In this document: positions 10,267-20,406 of the stretch, piece by piece | How the letters are laid out: each line of letters opens with the position of its first letter | Position numbering within the stretch: the stretch's first letter is position 1 | Source of the DNA: Flavobacteriaceae bacterium | GTDB lineage: Bacteria; Bacteroidota; Bacteroidia; Flavobacteriales; Flavobacteriaceae | Assembly (NCBI GenBank): GCA_965200045.1 | Contig: OZ241330.1 | Location: 293,888-357,887, forward strand | DNA length: 64,000 nucleotides | Direction of reading: 5' to 3' | Translations under genes and position numbers: made by a program | The notes under the pieces: generated by a model | The model's input: only the letters and a program-made list of their open reading frames with translations | What the model was told of the DNA's origin: nothing | Database searches by the model: none

Positions 10267-10569
10267 CAGATACAACGTTAATTATGGGAACACTTTTAAT
10301 TTGCTCAAAGATTTAAACATCCGTTTCAATTGGAATTCTAAAGTTTAGAAATGGTTTTATGTTAAAATTTAAAACTGAAAAAAATATTTGAGATTATATG
10401 TGATGACAACAACCCCTCAAACCACAAAGACAAAATACCTCTCAGCATATTAATTAGAAATTATATTTTAAACATTCCTTTTGTGCGTATCTACTCTACT
10501 TCTATACGAGCAGGTATTCGCCCCTTAAAAAGTCCAAATGTAATCTCCAGATCTTTCACATTGGGGGTT

Positions 10570-11639
10570 TAATGGCTTCATCCTAGCCCAACATTGGTTT
10601 TTAAATCAGCCAAGAAATGCGTATATGGGGTTCGAACCTTGTAGAAAGGATCAAAAAAGTGATCCCAAAACAGTCCCCATGATTTGACTCGACATTTAAA
10701 AGTACCCTCCATCCAAAACATCACATCAGGTGACTGACCGATGCTATTCGCTGATCTTATTTTGAAAAAGCTTTTGAGCACTTGTAGGCCGCAAATGTAT
10801 ATATCACTCAAACTGAGCCATTGATTTATCTGTCTGACGATACACCTTATTGAACAACCATCTGATAGTGATTGGCAAAATCTTTGAATTCTCGATAGAC
10901 TAGAGCCATGTTTGGTGACTTGATCCACCGCTGCTTTGAGATGGTCAGGAATCATCATTTTGGGCCCTCTCATAAAAAACCAAAGCCTCTTGACAACAGC
11001 GGATCAAATCCAATCGTTGTTAGCTCCGACAAGCTTGGACATAGGTGTATTGACTGAAAAGAAGAATAGCCAAAAACAACGCCACATCCTCTTTTTGACC
11101 GGTGACCTTATCGGTGATTAGTAGCTTTTTGTCCACAAAGTCCATGTATATTTTCTCTCCTTAGCGGATATTGCAATTTCATCGAGACACCAAGTGGAAC
11201 ATACATCTTTTCATAAAGAACCACTAATGAAGGATATCTGTAGAGCTTTGCCACCGTATGGCATACTCCTTGTGATGGCATCAATGCGTAAAACCCACCT
11301 TTTGGTGGTTTTGATCATTTTTTCGAAATAACCCAACAAAGCCTCATAACGAGACGTGTCGATCTCTTGAGGAGATAAGAACAAACACTCGATGGCAACA
11401 TTGTTCATCGAACGGAGTTCTTCGAAGATGTCTGCCCTTTCTTTCTCTGTTTTTATAGCGGCTTGTATGGCATGCCATACAAGCCGCCCTAGCAATAGAA
11501 CGAATCTTGAACCACTCAGATGATTAATAATGCCATGTTCGAAATCCATGGTTTTATTTTTCTTGGACACAGGGAAAAAAGAAAAATGATTTCGAAAGTC
11601 ATCCTCAAGGGAAGGGGTTCAGTTACGCTGAAGTACACA
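10570..11639 (-). mobile_element. IS21-family remnant: degraded istA, no istB
   Basis: The pieces 11211..11570 and 10578..10973 plus the stretch between them translate to ..EKIYMDFVDKKLLITDKVTGQKEDVALFLAILLFSQYTYVQACRS.. and ..YRQTDKSMAQFE.. These match the IstA integrase core (FVDFAGxxLxxxDxxTGE..VFVAxLGxSxYTY) but carry several stops and frameshifts. The stretch is visibly more G+C-rich than its flanks. A possible terminal sequence tgtgtacttcagcgtaactgaacc lies on the minus strand at 11616..11639. Confidence 0.6.
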
Positions 11640-11671
11640 TTTAAAATCCATTTTTTACTTATTGATCTTTC

Positions 11672-11800
11672 CTAAAACCGCTTGACCACGGTCTTGGAAT
11701 CAGGTGATGGAAGATTTTGTCACTCTATTTTTTCAGAGAAAATGGTTTTCACTTCAAGGCTATTTTAAGTCTTTTCACACAAATAATGACAGAATCAAAA
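11672..11800 (+). repeat. copy A of a ~100-130 bp recombinase-associated repeat (see 12722 and 45672)
   Basis: aaaaccgcttgaccacggtcttggaatcaggtgatggaagattttgtcact.. aligns by eye with 12722.. (aaaatcacttgaccgaggtttttagaattcaatgatgggaagattttgatgct..). Identity is roughly two thirds, in the same orientation. Confidence 0.5.
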
Positions 11801-11852
11801 TATTTTAGGGATGAGGAATTAAAAGGGGTAAGATTCCAGTTAGGAAAATGAC

Positions 11853-12143
11853 CTAATCTTTTTTATCCTTAGAGTTGCATTTTTGGTCGGCATCTGAGCC
11901 ATCGTCAGTTTCCTGTCCGGCATCTTCTCCCAAATCTTTTTGTAGTTTTTTAATTTGAAGAGCTTGTATTTTCAGCGTATTCTTGTGCTCTTTTTTGCCT
12001 GCCGACCATTTCCAAATGATAAAACTAGATGATATGGTCCCGAAAATTACACCAGCTATTATACCATAAAACTCAATACTTAACCACGTCAAAATAGTCA
12101 AACTAGCGACTTCAATAACATCTGTATCTATGTTCTGTGCCAT
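11853..12143 (-). CDS. small membrane protein (2 TM helices plus charged tail), function unknown
   Basis: 96 aa with two hydrophobic spans (LTILTWLSIEFYGIIAGVIFGTISSSFIIW) followed by a Lys/Asp/Glu-rich tail. The layout is holin-like, but there is no family match. Confidence 0.4.
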   Translation of the reverse strand: MAQNIDTDVIEVASLTILTWLSIEFYGIIAGVIFGTISSSFIIWKWSAGKKEHKNTLKIQALQIKKLQKDLGEDAGQETDDGSDADQKCNSKDKKD

Positions 12144-12180
12144 GACAGAGCAAAATTAAAATTATTTTATTAATCCAAAT

Positions 12181-12715
12181 TCATCCTATGTAATCTCTCA
12201 ACTTTCTTATCGTCGTCGAACTCCCTTGCAGTCAATTCTGAATGCCTTGATAGGATTTCTCTTTGCTCAAAAGACTGAGGTTTTTTTGGGTTTAGATAAA
12301 CACTTTTCTATAGTTTCTATCTTTCTCATCCAAGAGTACCCCACCTTGTTCATTATAAGCTGGTATGCCTTGACTGGTGCGTTTTAAAAGAGCCTTCCGC
12401 TCTATTTCATACAACAAACAACTCATCATCGTGAGCATCACTTTCCGATAGGGATTTTCTTTTCCATCGATACTTCTTGAATCCATACCAAGTTCTTGAA
12501 TCGTTTTCAATACGCTCAAGACATCTTTGGTATTTCTCCCTAATCGGCTCGCTTCATCGGTGACTAATTGAGTAATCAGCTTTTTTTCACCAAGCTCATT
12601 AATTCCGATTCTTTAGGCCTTTCAGCAAAAAGTGTTATGCCACCAAAAGTTAGGGCAACCACATAAGTGGTATTGGCCCCAACTTGTATGAAATGGCCGT
12701 TTTTCTTCAATTGTT
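12181..12715 (-). pseudogene. decayed serine recombinase (resolvase/invertase), paralogue of 44850..45455
   Basis: The minus-strand translation reads ..GITLFAERPKESELMSLV..KKLITQLVTDEASRLGRNTKDVLSVLKTIQELG..KVMLTMMSCLLYEIERKALLKRTSQGI..KVFI*TQKNLSLLSKEKSYQGIQN*LQGSSTTIRKLRDYIG*. It is colinear with the intact copy but has in-frame stops, an internal deletion and a degenerate catalytic-Ser region. Confidence 0.7.
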
Positions 12716-12721
12716 TTTAAA

Positions 12722-12850
12722 AAATCACTTGACCGAGGTTTTTAGAATTCAATGATGGGAAGATTTTGATGCTTCTTAAATTCTGAGCAAATGCTATTCG
12801 TTTTGGTATTTTTTTAGCTCTAACCAAGCAAATGATGGTAGGGTCAATTT
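12722..12850 (+). repeat. copy B of the recombinase-associated repeat
   Basis: It lies directly upstream (in gene sense) of the decayed recombinase. It is alignable with 11672.. and with 45672.. (core gaggtttttagaattcaatgatgggaagattttgatgct). Confidence 0.5.
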
Positions 12851-12936
12851 ATGAATAGGTAGTTATTGATAAAGATGAGATTTAATAAATTATCGGGTGA
12901 AGAGTTTGCTTATTTTCGCATTCCTGAATTTAGAAA

Positions 12937-15900
12937 ATGTCTCGGTTTCCTGAATATGATGATTTGGATCTCGGCGAGTTTGCCAATCAGGTGTTGAAAT
13001 CATGGGACATGGAAAAGATCTTTCAAAAAAGCATCAATTCCAAGAAAGATTCTCCTTCCTACGTGTTTTACGAAGGTCCCCCTTCGGCCAATGGAATGCC
13101 AGGTATTCATCATGTGATGGCTCGGACCATTAAAGATATTTTTTGCCGATACAAAACCCAAAAAGGATTCAAAGTAGAACGCAAAGCCGGTTGGGATACT
13201 CATGGTTTACCCATTGAATTGGGAGTTGAAAAACAATTAGGAATTACCAAAGAAGATATTGGTCAAAAAATTTCTGTTCAACAATACAATCAAGAATGTC
13301 GTCAAGCCGTGATGCGGTATACCGATGCATGGAACCAATTGACGAAGCGTATTGGATTTTGGGTCGATATGGAGAAGCCATACATCACCTATCAACCAAA
13401 GTATATCGAATCCGTTTGGTGGTTGCTTCAACAGATCTACAAAAAAGGGTTGCTTTATAAAAGTTATACGATTCAACCGTACTCCCCCATGGCTGGCACA
13501 GGTTTATCAAGTCATGAACTAAATCAACCCGAGGCATACAAACCCATTAAGGATATTTCAATTACAGCTCAATTTAAAGCGGTGGATGAAAGCCTCCCCG
13601 AATATTTAAAAAACTCTGTATCCTTATATTTTTTAGCATGGACGACCACTCCTTGGACTTTACCCTCTAACACCGCATTAGCAATTGATTACTTCACTCA
13701 ATACAGTATTGTCCTGACTTATAATCAATATACTTTCAAAAAAATACGCATTGTTTATGCTTCAGATTTACAAACGAAGTTGTTGAAAAAGCCCTACCAA
13801 GAAGTGCAAAACATCGAAGATTTTGATGCCCTTAAACCAAGTAAAAAAGCCATTCCATTTTTAAAACTACACTTAATTGAAGGGCATTTTTTAATGGATA
13901 TTCGATATCATAAAATATGGAAAGAAGGACCAGAACCGGCTCAAAACCCTGAAAATGCATACAGAATCATTCGTGGCGATTTTGTAACAACCCAAGAAGG
14001 ATCAGGAATCGTCCATACCGCACCAACATATGGTGCTGATGACATGAGAGTGGCCCAACAAGCGTCCCCCTCTGTTCCTGCACTTTTGGTTAGAGATCAA
14101 AACAATGAACTCACTCCTTTAGTGGATTTGAAAGGATGCTTTGTTTCTCAAATGGGCTCTTTGTCAGGGAAATTCGTTAAAAATCAATTTTACAAAGAGG
14201 GAGAAGAACCCGAGAAATCGGTCGATACCGAAATAGCCATCGTCTTAAAACAGGATAATCGAGCTTTTTGGGTTGAAAAATATACCCACTCCTATCCTCA
14301 TTGTTGGCGGACTGACAAACCCATACTTTATTATCCGTTAGATTCATGGTTTATTAACGTTTCTTCTATTAGAGAAAAAATGGTTGCCTTGAATCAACAA
14401 ATTAATTGGAAACCGAAAGCAACAGGCCAAAAACGCTTTGCCCATTGGTTGGCAAATGCTAGTGATTGGAATTTATCGAGATCGAGATTTTGGGGAACTC
14501 CCCTGCCCATATGGCGAACAAAAGACCACAAAGAAACCAAAGTCATAGGCTCTATGTCTGAATTGATTGATGGGATTGAATTTTCAATCAAAAGAGGACT
14601 CATGGATTCTAATCCATTTGCTGATTTTAAAGTAGGAGACTATTCCAAAGAAAATTATGAAAAGATAGATCTTCATAGTCATGTGGTCGATCAAATTATT
14701 CTTTCGACAGAAGAGGGGTTACCCATGTATCGAGAATCAGATTTAATTGATGTATGGTTTGATTCGGGATCCATGCCTTATGCTCAATGGCATTATCCAT
14801 TCGAAAATAAAAGTAAAATAGACCATGGCGAATTTTATCCCGCTGACTATATCGCCGAAGGGGTTGATCAAACCAGAGGATGGTTTTACACTCTTCATGC
14901 TATCGGAGCCCTAGTGTTTGATAGTGTTACCTATAAGAATGTCGTTTCCAATGGTTTAATTCTGGACCAGTTTGGTCGAAAAATGGCCAAAAAACTAGGA
15001 AATTCGGTGGATCCATTCGAAACTTTGGAGACTTATGGACCGGACGCTTTGCGTTGGTATTTAATTTCCAACGCCAACCCCTGGGATGATTTCAGATTTA
15101 ATGCTCAAGGAATTGATCAAATCAGAAAAAAGTTTTTCCATACGCTTTATAATATTTATTCCTTTTTTGTCATTTATGCCAATATTGATGGCTATCGAGG
15201 AGAGCCGTGTGATATCGATCAAAAAGACATCACCGAATTAGATGCTTGGATTCTTTCAGAACTCAATTCTTTGATTGAGCGTGTTGATAATTATTTTGAG
15301 GATTATGAACCCACCAAAGCCGCTCGAGACATCTCTGATTTTGTATTGGAAAAACTCAGCAACTGGTATGTTAGACTATCAAGAAGAAGATTTTGGAAAG
15401 ATAAATTCACCAAAGACAAACAATCGGCTTACAGTGTATTACACCACTGTCTGATTACTATCGCCAAACTAAGTGCTCCCATTGCCCCATTCTATATGGA
15501 TCGTCTCTATCGTGATTTGGTCATCAATCAAAAAAGTAAAAAATTATCGGTACATCTTGATTCTTTTCCCAAAGCCAATCGATTATTTATTAATAACACA
15601 TTAGAAAGGAAAATCAATTTAGCAAGAACCATCACTTCCTTAGCACTATCCCTTAGAAAAGCACATCAAATAAAAGTGCGTCAGCCACTTCAAAAACTAT
15701 TGATTCCTATCGTTGATCATGACCATAAACAATTAATTGACTCGGTTGTTGACCAAGTTAAAGCAGAAATCAATGTCAAAGAAGTGGAACTCATCGATGG
15801 AAATCACCCCATTTTGGAAAAGGAATTAAAACCGAATTTTAAAACTCTTGGGCCAAAATATAGTTCTCAAGTTTCCAAAATCGCCCATCAAATCAAACAA

Positions 15901-16344
15901 CTGAATCAAAATCAAATTTTAGAATTAGAGTCCAAAGAATCTATTTTTTTGGAAATCGATGGCAATCAAATTGAAGTGACACTCGATGATGTGACCATAG
16001 AGTTTAAAGATATTCAAGGTTGGGAAGTTATTCAAAATGATGGAATGACCTTGAGTTTGGATATGAGAATAAATCAGCAATTAAAATTTGAAGGCATCGC
16101 GAGGGAATTTGTTAATCGGGTTCAAAATCTTCGAAAATCCCAAAAATTTGAAATCACTGATAGAATTGAAATATATTTGGAAAAAAACAATTTTTTAGAA
16201 GAGGTCATTAACCAAAATTATGAGTACATTGTCAGTGAAACTCTTGCGAAAAAATTAAGTTTTGAAATTAGTTTACAAAATGCTCACAAAATTTCAATTG
16301 ACCAATATGAAATTAATTTAATAATTAAAAGAACTGCATTATGA
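12937..16344 (+). CDS. ileS: isoleucine--tRNA ligase (long, type 2 form)
   Basis: 1135 aa with class I HIGH-type motif (PSANGMPGIHHV), KMSKS-type motif (GRKMAKKLGNS) and a CP1 editing insertion. Confidence 0.97.
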   Translation: MSRFPEYDDLDLGEFANQVLKSWDMEKIFQKSINSKKDSPSYVFYEGPPSANGMPGIHHVMARTIKDIFCRYKTQKGFKVERKAGWDTHGLPIELGVEKQLGITKEDIGQKISVQQYNQECRQAVMRYTDAWNQLTKRIGFWVDMEKPYITYQPKYIESVWWLLQQIYKKGLLYKSYTIQPYSPMAGTGLSSHELNQPEAYKPIKDISITAQFKAVDESLPEYLKNSVSLYFLAWTTTPWTLPSNTALAIDYFTQYSIVLTYNQYTFKKIRIVYASDLQTKLLKKPYQEVQNIEDFDALKPSKKAIPFLKLHLIEGHFLMDIRYHKIWKEGPEPAQNPENAYRIIRGDFVTTQEGSGIVHTAPTYGADDMRVAQQASPSVPALLVRDQNNELTPLVDLKGCFVSQMGSLSGKFVKNQFYKEGEEPEKSVDTEIAIVLKQDNRAFWVEKYTHSYPHCWRTDKPILYYPLDSWFINVSSIREKMVALNQQINWKPKATGQKRFAHWLANASDWNLSRSRFWGTPLPIWRTKDHKETKVIGSMSELIDGIEFSIKRGLMDSNPFADFKVGDYSKENYEKIDLHSHVVDQIILSTEEGLPMYRESDLIDVWFDSGSMPYAQWHYPFENKSKIDHGEFYPADYIAEGVDQTRGWFYTLHAIGALVFDSVTYKNVVSNGLILDQFGRKMAKKLGNSVDPFETLETYGPDALRWYLISNANPWDDFRFNAQGIDQIRKKFFHTLYNIYSFFVIYANIDGYRGEPCDIDQKDITELDAWILSELNSLIERVDNYFEDYEPTKAARDISDFVLEKLSNWYVRLSRRRFWKDKFTKDKQSAYSVLHHCLITIAKLSAPIAPFYMDRLYRDLVINQKSKKLSVHLDSFPKANRLFINNTLERKINLARTITSLALSLRKAHQIKVRQPLQKLLIPIVDHDHKQLIDSVVDQVKAEINVKEVELIDGNHPILEKELKPNFKTLGPKYSSQVSKIAHQIKQLNQNQILELESKESIFLEIDGNQIEVTLDDVTIEFKDIQGWEVIQNDGMTLSLDMRINQQLKFEGIAREFVNRVQNLRKSQKFEITDRIEIYLEKNNFLEEVINQNYEYIVSETLAKKLSFEISLQNAHKISIDQYEINLIIKRTAL

Positions 16345-16727
16345 GTACCATTGAAACAAAATTGAAATACTCTGATCAAGAATTAGAAGAGTTCAAAGAA
16401 TTGATTGAAACCAAAATTCAGAACGCTCAAAAAGAACTGGAATTTCTTAAAAGGGCTTTCATGAACGATAGCAATAATGGAACGGAAGATACTTCTCCTA
16501 CTTTTAAAGCCTACGAAGAAGGTTCTACTACTTTATCTAAGGAGGCTAATGCTCAATTGGCATTACGCCAAGAAAAATTTATACGCGATTTAAAGAATGC
16601 CTTGGTGCGTATTGAAAATAAAACCTATGGGGTTTGTAGAGCTACTGGGAAATTGATCAATCGAGAAAGGCTATTATTGGTTCCGCATGCTACTTTATCA
16701 ATAGAAGCTAAAAAGAGAAAAAAATAA
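16341..16727 (+). CDS. DksA/TraR-family protein, Cys-poor variant
   Basis: 128 aa with a coiled-coil N-terminal part and the C-terminal segment YGVCRATGKLINRERLLLVPHATLSIEAK, which is colinear with the DksA/TraR C4 finger. There is a 4-nt overlap with ileS, and the gene sits in the ileS-traR-lspA context typical of Bacteroidota. Confidence 0.8.
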   Translation: MSTIETKLKYSDQELEEFKELIETKIQNAQKELEFLKRAFMNDSNNGTEDTSPTFKAYEEGSTTLSKEANAQLALRQEKFIRDLKNALVRIENKTYGVCRATGKLINRERLLLVPHATLSIEAKKRKK

Positions 16728-16750
16728 AAAGAGCATTACTTTTTATTTAT

Positions 16751-17335
16751 TTGGGAATGGGATGTTCATTATCTGGACAGTCCATTTTCAGTAAGCAAAT
16801 TTCTATCGATGACACCTCTCGTGCAGAGTTTCATTTGCCATGGGTTCATCAACTAGAAGTCATGGGTTCCGATGCTGCCACTGAAATTGAATTGACCTAT
16901 GGTCGTTTTGGAGAGTATCAAGCTGCAAGTACGATTACATTTAATAAATCAAATGATATCTTAATTGCTCATGAAAAACCTAATCCAAATTTTGAATTTA
17001 TCGGTGATAAATTAAGTGCTCATAAACTATATGCCACTACAGCAAAACTTATAGTTCCTAGTGGATTGAATCTTCATATCATGGTTGGTCATTGCCAAGT
17101 AAATATCAAAGGGGATCTTGACCATATCCATCTTCAATTAAAATCTGGATTTTGCTCATTCGAAGCAATGACACTCAAGAGTTCCATAGAATCCATAGAG
17201 GCCAATATTTGTGTATCCAATGAATTAATCAATGTTAATGCTTTCAGCAAACATGGATTGGTTTCAACTCATTATGATGCAGGGTATGAATCCCATTTGG
17301 ATATCGGGACTTCTTGGGGAGATGTCTTTCATTAA
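16751..17335 (+). CDS. hypothetical protein
   Basis: A 194-codon open frame in a stop-rich AT-rich genome, with a TTG start. I recognised no motif and the start codon is uncertain. Confidence 0.45.
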   Translation: MGMGCSLSGQSIFSKQISIDDTSRAEFHLPWVHQLEVMGSDAATEIELTYGRFGEYQAASTITFNKSNDILIAHEKPNPNFEFIGDKLSAHKLYATTAKLIVPSGLNLHIMVGHCQVNIKGDLDHIHLQLKSGFCSFEAMTLKSSIESIEANICVSNELINVNAFSKHGLVSTHYDAGYESHLDIGTSWGDVFH

Positions 17336-17379
17336 GAGTTGTAAGTTTCTATTTTTAGCCCCTGACAAGAAAAGTTAAC

Positions 17380-18060
17380 GTGATATTAAAAAAGGTAAGC
17401 ATTCATTGGGTGGTATTGGTCATTTTGGGGGTTTTGCTATTGGATCAGGTTCTCAAATTTTATATCAAACTCAATCACCCCATCAGCAGTTATCTCTCAC
17501 CGTCGATTATTGATTGGGGATTTTTTAGAGTGTTATTTGTTGAGAATCCAGGGATGGCTCTTGGAACAAGAGTCAGTGATATCATTCCGATTGGTGATGA
17601 AGATACGGCTAAATTAATTCTCACTTTTTTTCGAATTATTGTCATTACGGGGATTGGATTATGGTTATTTTTTAGAGTAATCCAAAAGCAATCTCGTTTA
17701 TTAAAGTGGTCGGTGGCTTTGATTTTTGCGGGAGCTCTTGGAAATTTAATCGATTCTGTGTTTTATGGCGTTGTTTTTTCACACAGCTATGGACAAGTCG
17801 CTGAATTTTTACCCCAACAAGGTTATGCCCCACTCTTTTTAGGACATGTGGTAGACTTTATACAATTCCCCTTGGTCACTTGGGTTTGGCCACAATGGGT
17901 TCCGTTTTTGGGAGGTGAATCCTACACCTTTTTTCAATATGTATTTAATATCGCCGATACAGCGATTAGCACAGGGGTATTGATGATTTTAGTTTTTGGT
18001 AAGCGCATTACTCGAGTTAATAACCCTCCCATGACAACCGAAATCCAAGATGAATCTTGA
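17380..18060 (+). CDS. lspA: lipoprotein signal peptidase (signal peptidase II)
   Basis: Four TM helices with the conserved ..ENPGMALG.. and ..VFNIADTAIS.. motifs. GTG start. Confidence 0.9.
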   Translation: MILKKVSIHWVVLVILGVLLLDQVLKFYIKLNHPISSYLSPSIIDWGFFRVLFVENPGMALGTRVSDIIPIGDEDTAKLILTFFRIIVITGIGLWLFFRVIQKQSRLLKWSVALIFAGALGNLIDSVFYGVVFSHSYGQVAEFLPQQGYAPLFLGHVVDFIQFPLVTWVWPQWVPFLGGESYTFFQYVFNIADTAISTGVLMILVFGKRITRVNNPPMTTEIQDES

Positions 18061-18173
18061 TTTTTAACCTATATTTTGTAATTATTCATAGACTGCTTTT
18101 TGTATTTAAAACGAGGGATACTACAAAAATTTTTTCCTACAGTTCAATAATTCCCAACTTTTTAATTCCTTGA

Positions 18174-18812
18174 ATGGCCAAGATAAAAATATCTAAATCG
18201 AAAATCTATCAATATTTTATTGAAACAGATGATAACATTCGTAATTGGGATATGGATTTGAATTTCCCCAAATACACGACTCAATTAATGAATTTAATTA
18301 GTAATACTGCTCAAGCAACAAGATCAAGTGTTGTTGGGCAAATGACGGATTTAATTCCAGAGTTTCTACAGTTAAAAGAGGATCATTCTATTTCAGCTTG
18401 GAAAAAATGGTATACTGAAAGATATCCTAACTCTATAGAAAATGCAACGGATAAAATATTTTCAATTTTAAAAAATTATGTTGCTGCTATTCAACAAATA
18501 GATAGGGCTATGATTGAGAAATGGGTTGAAGATTTAGTGATTTATAAATCTTATACGGGGATCGTTATTCAAGGAATCGCGCTTCAAATGATTGCGAAGA
18601 AGTATAACAAAAGTTATCGAAGAGCAACTCCCGAAGAAGAATCAGATGGGATTGACGGATATATTGGTGATGTCCCAGTACAAATCAAACCTAGAAATGG
18701 AGAGAGTTATAACGTCCTCATGGACAAATACCGAACAAAATATTTATTAGTGACCTATAAGAAAGAAGATAAATCAGTTTCTATTGAATTTGATGAATCA
18801 AAAATTAGCTGA
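18174..18812 (+). CDS. putative type II restriction endonuclease
   Basis: It is convergent with, and overlaps, the methyltransferase gene. The segment ..EEESDGIDGYIGDVPVQIKP.. reads as a PD-(D/E)xK-like D..QxK core. A vague recollection of MjaI-type enzymes is unverified. Confidence 0.5.
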   Translation: MAKIKISKSKIYQYFIETDDNIRNWDMDLNFPKYTTQLMNLISNTAQATRSSVVGQMTDLIPEFLQLKEDHSISAWKKWYTERYPNSIENATDKIFSILKNYVAAIQQIDRAMIEKWVEDLVIYKSYTGIVIQGIALQMIAKKYNKSYRRATPEEESDGIDGYIGDVPVQIKPRNGESYNVLMDKYRTKYLLVTYKKEDKSVSIEFDESKIS

Positions 18813-19852
18813 TCTTTATTCAGTGCTTTGTAATAAGTATAAAAGTGGTTGTCTTTTCCTTCTATTTTATCTATTACGTTTAATTTAATTTCTGTTTCTT
18901 GATTCGTCATAACGGAAACATTGTGATATCGATTATAATGTTTCAACGGTTTATGATATTCTCGAACAAATGAATGATGATTATCAATGCGTTCATAGAT
19001 AATATCATTTAATTGATTAACGGATTGATTTTTAATGCGATTAGTGATAATATCTCTTAAATTCACATCTATTTCTATTCCCACACTATTTCTTTCTAAT
19101 AACATAGATGCTAATGTTGTGGTTCCTGTTCCAAGAAAAGGGTCGAGTACGATCTCTCCTTTCACAGAGAACATGTTAATCAGTCGATAAGGAACTTCAA
19201 AAGGATAGGCTGCACTTCTGTCTCTACTTTTTTTAGTGTTTAATTTTTGTTTTGTTCCGCTAAAATTCCATAAATCACTAAACCAAATATTTCTTTCTTC
19301 CCAAAAATAAGAACTCTCTTTTCTATTTACTTTTTGCTCTAATGTTTTAAACTCCCTTCTTCTTCCTTTTCGGAATATCAATATCCACTCGTGTTCTAAT
19401 GTGACATAAGCTCCTACAGGTAACATGCCTGAACCCATAAATTTATTAGGCGCATTGGTTACTTTTCGCCACAGAATATTTGGTAAGTTATGATGCCCAA
19501 GATCGATGAATTTTTGAAGTATTCTTCCATGATTTGAATAAAGAGAAAAATTTTTGTCGATCGTTCGAGTAGCGTCTCCAATATTAATACAACTGATACC
19601 TCCTGGAATCAACACTCTATCCAATTCTTCCCATATTAAATCTAACTCTTGATGCATTAATTCGAAAGCTAATCGCCCTTTGTTATTCTTTAATGCTTTT
19701 TCAATATCCCTGTTTTGTTCTGAAAAAATACTATCCCACATTTCAATCATGGGGTATGGTGGTGAAGTTACCACAAGATGTACGCTTCTATCCTTTATAT
19801 GTTTTATTCTATTGGCATTACAATAAAATATCTTATGCTCTGTTTGTTTCAT
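18755..19852 (-). CDS. DNA methyltransferase, N4/N6 beta-class
   Basis: Motif IV TSPPYP lies near the N-terminus and motif I (DPFLGTGTT) follows later, which is the beta-class order. The C-terminal extension is about 90 aa. Confidence 0.85.
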   Translation of the reverse strand: MKQTEHKIFYCNANRIKHIKDRSVHLVVTSPPYPMIEMWDSIFSEQNRDIEKALKNNKGRLAFELMHQELDLIWEELDRVLIPGGISCINIGDATRTIDKNFSLYSNHGRILQKFIDLGHHNLPNILWRKVTNAPNKFMGSGMLPVGAYVTLEHEWILIFRKGRRREFKTLEQKVNRKESSYFWEERNIWFSDLWNFSGTKQKLNTKKSRDRSAAYPFEVPYRLINMFSVKGEIVLDPFLGTGTTTLASMLLERNSVGIEIDVNLRDIITNRIKNQSVNQLNDIIYERIDNHHSFVREYHKPLKHYNRYHNVSVMTNQETEIKLNVIDKIEGKDNHFYTYYKALNKDQLIFDSSNSIETDLSSFL

Positions 19853-20406
19853 GTGTTTATTGTTTGATTCCTCGCTCCATTTAACAACTAATTAAATTAC
19901 CTTAATTCCATGTAAACCAATACCTTATCCTACATTATGTTGACCACAGAACTCATTTAATCCAATGGCCTTGGCTATCAAAAATATTCATTTTCCGGAA
20001 TAATTGCTTTTTGGCACTTAAGGATATAATCCCCCGTTAATTTTTTGAAGTGTTTCTTGGATTTTTCCCCTTGGGAAATCTTCCACTAGTAAATACAAGG
20101 TCTCTTCATTCGATGCCTTGATTATTTTTTTAAAAATTTGGAAATTTCAATGGCTTTTTTTACTCTATCAAAATGATATTGTTTATCCTTGACTTGATAT
20201 TCCAATCGAGAAAGAATCTCTTTTTTATTTTTTGAGGATGAAACCACATCAATACTAAATCCTAATTGTTGTTTTAAATAACAATTTCGATGAGGTTCTT
20301 GGGAAATCGTAAACCATACATGGAAATGACCGACTTCATGAACCAATACATAACGGTCCACCTCATCCCAATAATCACGAGGACAACCATTATTCAATAA
20401 AATTTT

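Noticed and set aside
16751-16768. L-G-M-G-C at the start of ORF 16751..17335 looked like a lipobox just upstream of lspA
   Set aside because: No signal peptide precedes it, because the ORF begins at that point with a stop codon just upstream. A lipoprotein call is not supportable.
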